Shown: positions 59,823 to 64,000 of the stretch, piece after piece | Position numbering within the stretch: the stretch's first letter is position 1 | How the letters are laid out: the number at the start of each line of letters is the position of its first letter | Origin: an uncultured Candidatus Rokubacteria bacterium | GTDB lineage: Bacteria; Methylomirabilota; Methylomirabilia; Rokubacteriales; DASRDR01 | Direction of reading: 5' to 3' | NCBI GenBank assembly: GCA_963805625.1 | Contig: CAWDVE010000010.1 | Span: 288,001 to 352,000, forward strand | DNA: 64,000 nt | Made by a program: the position numbers and the translations under genes | Notes under the pieces: generated by a model | Told to the model about the DNA's origin: nothing | The model's input: the letters and a program-made list of their open reading frames with translations, nothing else | Databases searched by the model: none

Positions 59823-59850
59823 CGGATTTTGCCCGCGCGGGCAAAATCCG
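59823..59850. repeat. Perfect 28-bp palindrome
   Basis: cggattttgcccgc|gcgggcaaaatccg; its core is shared with 61041-61066. Confidence 0.9.
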
Positions 59851-59865
59851 TCTAGGGACCGCTGT

Positions 59866-60096
59866 TCAGCCCCGTGGGGGACGAAGTGTGCCAGGCCGGA
59901 ATAGATCCCCGGGTTCACACCTGAGCCGTCGGCAGAGCTTTGAGAGAGTCTGGAGCGTGACGTTCTGCCCGGCGTTCTCGATCCGCGTGAGCGTGGGGCG
60001 GCTGATCCCGAGCCGACGGGCCAGCTCGTCCTGGCTCCACCCCGCCTCCTCGCGGAGGCGCCGGAGGGACTCCCCCAGCAGCCGCCCAAGATCCAC
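59866..60096 (-). CDS. XRE-family HTH regulator
   Basis: LRRLREEAGWSQDELARRLGISRPTLTRIENAGQNVTL. Confidence 0.88.
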   Translation of the reverse strand: MDLGRLLGESLRRLREEAGWSQDELARRLGISRPTLTRIENAGQNVTLQTLSKLCRRLRCEPGDLFRPGTLRPPRG

Positions 60097-60172
60097 GCGA
60101 GAGACTCTTGCCTACAGTGCGGTGCACATGTGAACATCCTGCCGACCATCCGCGAGGTGGGAGGGATGACGG

Positions 60173-60604
60173 GTGACCACGGAAACCCGGCTGCGCTGGC
60201 ATCATGGTCTGGTCCACGGGCTGATTGTCGGCCTGGTCGCTGGCATGCTGGGAGCTCAGTGGTGGGCAAGACGCCACGCCTCCCCTTCGCCCCAACCCGG
60301 TTGGATTCTTGCGATTCCGCCGTCTGGATTGAATCCTGCATTCGCCCCCCTGTCCATCTGGCATCGGGACCGGGCATTCGATTCCGCAGAGTCGTGCGAG
60401 GCACACCGCCAGCGGTTCCGGGCAGAGTCCATCCAATCTCTGGGCGAGGCCCTCCGGGGCGGGGACCTGGGCCCCGAGGCCGTGATCGAGGCAGTGGCGA
60501 AGGGTCTCGGGGATGAGAGTGCTGTCCTGGTTCGGCGTGCGCATGATGCCTGGGCTTCGCGGTGCGTGTCCACTGCGGAGTTCGAGACAAGATGGGAGAA
60601 GTAG
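60173..60604 (+). CDS. Hypothetical membrane-anchored protein
   Basis: N-terminal TM; FDSAESC motif; GGAGG upstream. Confidence 0.55.
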   Translation: MTTETRLRWHHGLVHGLIVGLVAGMLGAQWWARRHASPSPQPGWILAIPPSGLNPAFAPLSIWHRDRAFDSAESCEAHRQRFRAESIQSLGEALRGGDLGPEAVIEAVAKGLGDESAVLVRRAHDAWASRCVSTAEFETRWEK

Positions 60605-60608
60605 AGCA

Positions 60609-60824
60609 ATGGACCCGTCTCGGCTCTGGTACGCGGGGGCCGGCTTTGTTCTGGGGTTCCTGCTAGCGTGGCTGGTGGGTGGCACCGGCCTCTATCGCAC
60701 GCACACCGCACGCATCGGTCCTGCAGAGGTCCTCTATCGCGTCAATCGGATCACAGGCGCGGTCTCTCTGTGCGTGGGAGCCCACGGCTGCCGCTCTGTC
60801 CCCGAGCTTCCCGCGGACCGCTAG
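60609..60824 (+). CDS. Small membrane protein
   Basis: N-terminal TM, then YRVNRITGAVSLC. Confidence 0.55.
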   Translation: MDPSRLWYAGAGFVLGFLLAWLVGGTGLYRTHTARIGPAEVLYRVNRITGAVSLCVGAHGCRSVPELPADR

Positions 60825-61040
60825 GGCGACCGAAGCCTTGGGATGGCGATACCCGCCAGATGATGCCGCCAGCGCCGTGGGTCAGCATCAAATGGGAGGG
60901 ATGACGATGGCATTGAGTCGGTGGGCACGAGACGCCAAGGAAATGTGGGAGGCGCGATGGCGAAACCCGGCGGACCACGTCGTGGGTTGCGGCCGGTCCC
61001 GCCCGGTCGTCGCCCGCGACCGATCGGTACCCCAGTGCCA

Positions 61041-61066
61041 GAAAGTTGCCCGCGCGGGCAAGTTTC
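61041..61066. repeat. Near-perfect palindrome, second copy of TTGCCCGCGCGGGCAA
   Basis: gaaagttgcccgcgcgggcaagtttc, just upstream of the resolvase. Confidence 0.85.
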
Positions 61067-61080
61067 GGCCTCGGCGGCAT

Positions 61081-61725
61081 TGACTGCCGTGGCCCCGGCG
61101 GGTCACCGGAACGGGCACACCCAGCCCGTCCGCGTCACCCGGCCGCTTCGGGTCGGAGTCTACGCGCGCGTCTCGACCGCCGACCAGATCCCCGAGAACC
61201 AGCTCGCCGTGCTGCGGGCGTTCGCGGAGGCCCGTGGCTGGACCGCCACCGAGCACACCGACCACGGTGTCAGCGGGGCCCGGACGAGCCGCCCGGCCCT
61301 CGATGCGCTGCTCGCCGCCGCTCGGGCTCGGCGTCTTAGACGTGGTCCTGACTACGAAGCTCGACCGGCTGGCCCGCTCCACGCGTCACCTGGTTGACTT
61401 GGCGGCCGAGCTCGAGGCCCTCGGGGTTGACCTGGTCGTCACCGATCAGGCGATCGACACGACCACGCCGGCAGGCCGCCTGATGTTCAACGTGCTATCC
61501 GCCATTGCCGAGTTCGAACGGGACTTGATCCGCGAGCGGGTGGTCGCTGGGATCCGCCGAGCCCGGGCGCAGGGTCGGCACGTCGGTCGCCCGCGGAAGT
61601 ACCGAGTCGATGCGACGGCGGTGCAGGCCCTCCTGGCCGCCGGGACGTCGCTCCGCGGGGTTGCCCGGCGCCTCGGGGTCCACCCGAGCGCCGTTCGTCG
61701 GGCCCTCGCGCGGGCGGTCGGCTAG
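61081..61725 (+). pseudogene. Serine recombinase (resolvase/invertase), frameshifted
   Basis: YARVST..Q and SG...RP in one frame; DVVLTTKLDRLARS, AEFERDLIRER and C-terminal HTH in another; shift near 61337. Confidence 0.85.
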
Positions 61726-61840
61726 CTTGGGGTTTCTGCCAGTCCGTCGAGGAGCGGGCGGTTCGGCGGAATTCTGAACCGCTCCCGCGTCACCGCGTGT
61801 CGAACCGATTGGGCATCACATGCAGGAGGGCGCTCGCCGT

Positions 61841-62311
61841 TCAGCGGGCGAGGCTCTCAAAGAAGCGACGGACGGCACTGGCGCCCTCGTTGACGGCGCG
61901 GGCGGTCTCCGCCACGACGCCGGGTGGCCCCGAGCCCGAACCGCGGGGCGTGAGGCGGACCCGGACCTCGGCCGTCCGGCCGGCACCGACCTGAACTCGG
62001 CGCGTGTCGGGCGCGTAGCGCGGGTGCGTGACGCGCATGCGGTACGTGCCTTCGCGGAGGCGCGTCCGAACCTGGCCGCTCTCCCCCGGCGCCAGGGTTT
62101 CGAGGAGCGCATCGTCGCCACCGAGGATCTCTACGCTGGGCCCAGTCACCGGCCGATCGGTGCGGGCGTCATGAACGATGGCCACCAGTTCTCCAGTCCC
62201 CGGGGCCCGGCTGAAGTACTGCACGCCCGTATAGACGCCACCGACAACCGAGAAGAGGCCCGCCACAAGGCCGATCACGGACTGCGTACCGGACAATGTC
62301 GGCTTGCGCAT
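61841..62311 (-). CDS. Membrane-anchored carboxypeptidase-regulatory-like/PEGA domain protein
   Basis: N-terminal TM; VHDARTDRPV..GTYRMRVTHPRY; GAGGAA RBS. Confidence 0.65.
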   Translation of the reverse strand: MRKPTLSGTQSVIGLVAGLFSVVGGVYTGVQYFSRAPGTGELVAIVHDARTDRPVTGPSVEILGGDDALLETLAPGESGQVRTRLREGTYRMRVTHPRYAPDTRRVQVGAGRTAEVRVRLTPRGSGSGPPGVVAETARAVNEGASAVRRFFESLAR

Positions 62312-63004
62312 GCGTTCCTCGTCGAGAGGCCGGGCTGCGCCGGGCAGGCCGGTCCTGTCTGCGGTCAAGCAATGAGGGTGCCACCCGGAGCGGCCCTCGA
62401 GAAGCAGACTCCCGACGCGACGTCGAACCGCTGGTACTGTCAAGTGAAACGGGCAGCGGCCACCCGATACGCGGTGGAAACACGGCCTGGGAGCTCGGCG
62501 GTCAGCTGACCCCAGATTGTCAGTCAGCGCCAGAAGTCCGTCGCATCGTCGCCACCGCGGGTGATCCTGCCCGTGCCGAGGCGAACCGCCCGAGGGCAGG
62601 ACTGTCCGCACGTAGGTGTGCTCGGAGTTGGGCCGCCCGAAGCACCCTTGGGATCACCGGCGCGTTTCCCGGCAGAGGCCCGTCCAGCGCGGCTTCAGGA
62701 GCCTGGGAGGCCCGGCGAGCGCCTGCCCGACTTCCTCCTATGGTCCCGGCGCTCCGAAGAAGCTTCCAGACGCCGAAGTGCTCCTCAACCGAGGTGTCGC
62801 AAATCCCTGGCGCGGGGGGGTCGCCAACCCCGCGCCACATCGACTCCCGAGCGAGTGTTCCGGGGCCGGTGCAAAGAAGTTCCTTTGCGACAGTCATAGC
62901 ATCGCATGCTAGAGTCGCCGCGACGGTAGCCCTCGCCCGGACTCGGCGCACCCTCCGTGTCGCGTCTTCTAAGGATCGGCAGGGGGAAGGGGGCCTTGCT
63001 GAGC

Positions 63005-64000
63005 GTGACCCTAGAAGACCTCCAGCCCGACGCCACCGTCCGCGGCATCCTGCCGGACGCCGTGGTAACGGTCGTCACCGTCCAGTGGCACGGGTCGGAC
63101 GCCCTGACGCTCGTCTACCGGGGACCCCACGGCCGCGTCGCCGACGAGATCCTCTATCGCCACGACGAGCCGCGCCTGGAGATCGCCAAGACCGGCCGAC
63201 CGTGGAGCTTCGACGGTGACGGCGCACTCTTCCGCCTCGTGTCGGAGGCGCACCGGATCCGCCTCGCGCACCTCTTCGACCCCGTGCTGGCGGTGCATAC
63301 CTCGCTCGTGGACCCACTGCCGCACCAGATCACGGCCGTCTATGAGGCCATGCTGCCGCGCCAGCCGCTCCGCTTCCTGCTCGCTGACGACCCGGGCGCG
63401 GGCAAGACGATCATGGCGGGCCTGTTCATCAAGGAGCTGATCGCCCGCGGCGATCTCCGGCGCTGCCTCGTGGTCTGCCCCGGCAGCCTTGCCGAGCAGT
63501 GGCAGAACGAGCTCCATCGCCGCTTCCACCTGCCGTTCGAGATCCTGACCAACGACAAGCTCGAGGCCGCGCGCACCGGGAACTGGTTCCTGGAGAACGA
63601 CCTCGCCATCGCCCGGCTCGACAAGCTCTCCCGCAACGAAGACGTGCCGCAGAAGCTGGCCGCCCCGGACTGCCGCTACGACCTCGTGGTCTGCGACGAG
63701 GCGCACAAGCTGTCGGCCACCTTCTTCGGCGGTCAGGTCAAGTACACCAAACGCTACCGGCTCGGGCAGCTCCTCTCCGGGCTCACGCGGCACTTCCTGC
63801 TGATGACGGCGACACCCCACAACGGCAAGGAAGAAGACTTCCAGCTCTTCCTCGCGTTGCTCGACGGGGACCGCGTCGCCGCCGCGAGCGACTCGAGAGG
63901 CGCCTCCGCGAACTGGAGCTCTTGCAGCGCGGCACCGCGGCGTCGCCGGTGGCGCCGGCCCCGACACTGGGCGGCCCCGAGCTGGACGCCGACGACGTCG
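63005..64000 (+). pseudogene. SNF2-family helicase of restriction-like defence type, internally deleted; runs off the window
   Basis: PLPHQ, LADDPGAGKT, DEAH and TATPHNG motifs; after LLDGDR (~63873) the coding-like sequence RRRERLERRLRELELLQRG continues in another frame. Confidence 0.8.

Noticed and set aside
62320-63000. ORFs between the PEGA-like gene and the helicase
   Set aside because: No convincing coding frame or motif on either strand
42900-64000. CRISPR array or integron attC cassette array
   Set aside because: No regularly spaced repeat-spacer series, no cas genes, no recurring attC-type GTTRRRY/RYYYAAC pairs seen, and neither integrase looks like IntI

Overview
High-GC bacterial chromosome window; the lineage may be Rokubacteria/Methylomirabilota, which is inference only. 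Bases 1-42.9 kb are mostly core genes on the + strand: an LPS core/Kdo operon, trpS-scpAB-rluB, pheA-hisC-tyrA-aroA-cmk-plsC-rpsA-sppA-ihfB, mutS-mutL-miaA-hflX, der, ihfA-merR-tRNA-Pro, and surE-pcm-tRNA-Pro-acyP-nlpD-rpoS-like. One ~2.9-kb signalling islet interrupts this region. It carries two split-barrel flavin-binding proteins and a GAF-class III nucleotide cyclase, and is bounded by a duplicated 3' end of rluB. From 42.94 kb to the end is an integration hotspot at tRNA-Arg(CCT). It contains an orphan 5' half, an intact gene and a 3'-half copy, which delimit at least three tandem tyrosine-integrase elements, each with 12-bp-spaced arm-type repeats. The main cargo is PEP-CTERM surface-protein genes: five intact and dissimilar, plus fragments. 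Two carry TGT-N11-ACA enhancer boxes, one of them with a clear sigma54 site. Another sits between 49-bp direct repeats. The hotspot also holds ISL3, an IS21 remnant, an IS481-like element, an AbiJ-like defence gene and several pseudogenes (TOPRIM protein, serine resolvase, SNF2 helicase). All calls come from reading motifs by eye; no searches were run.
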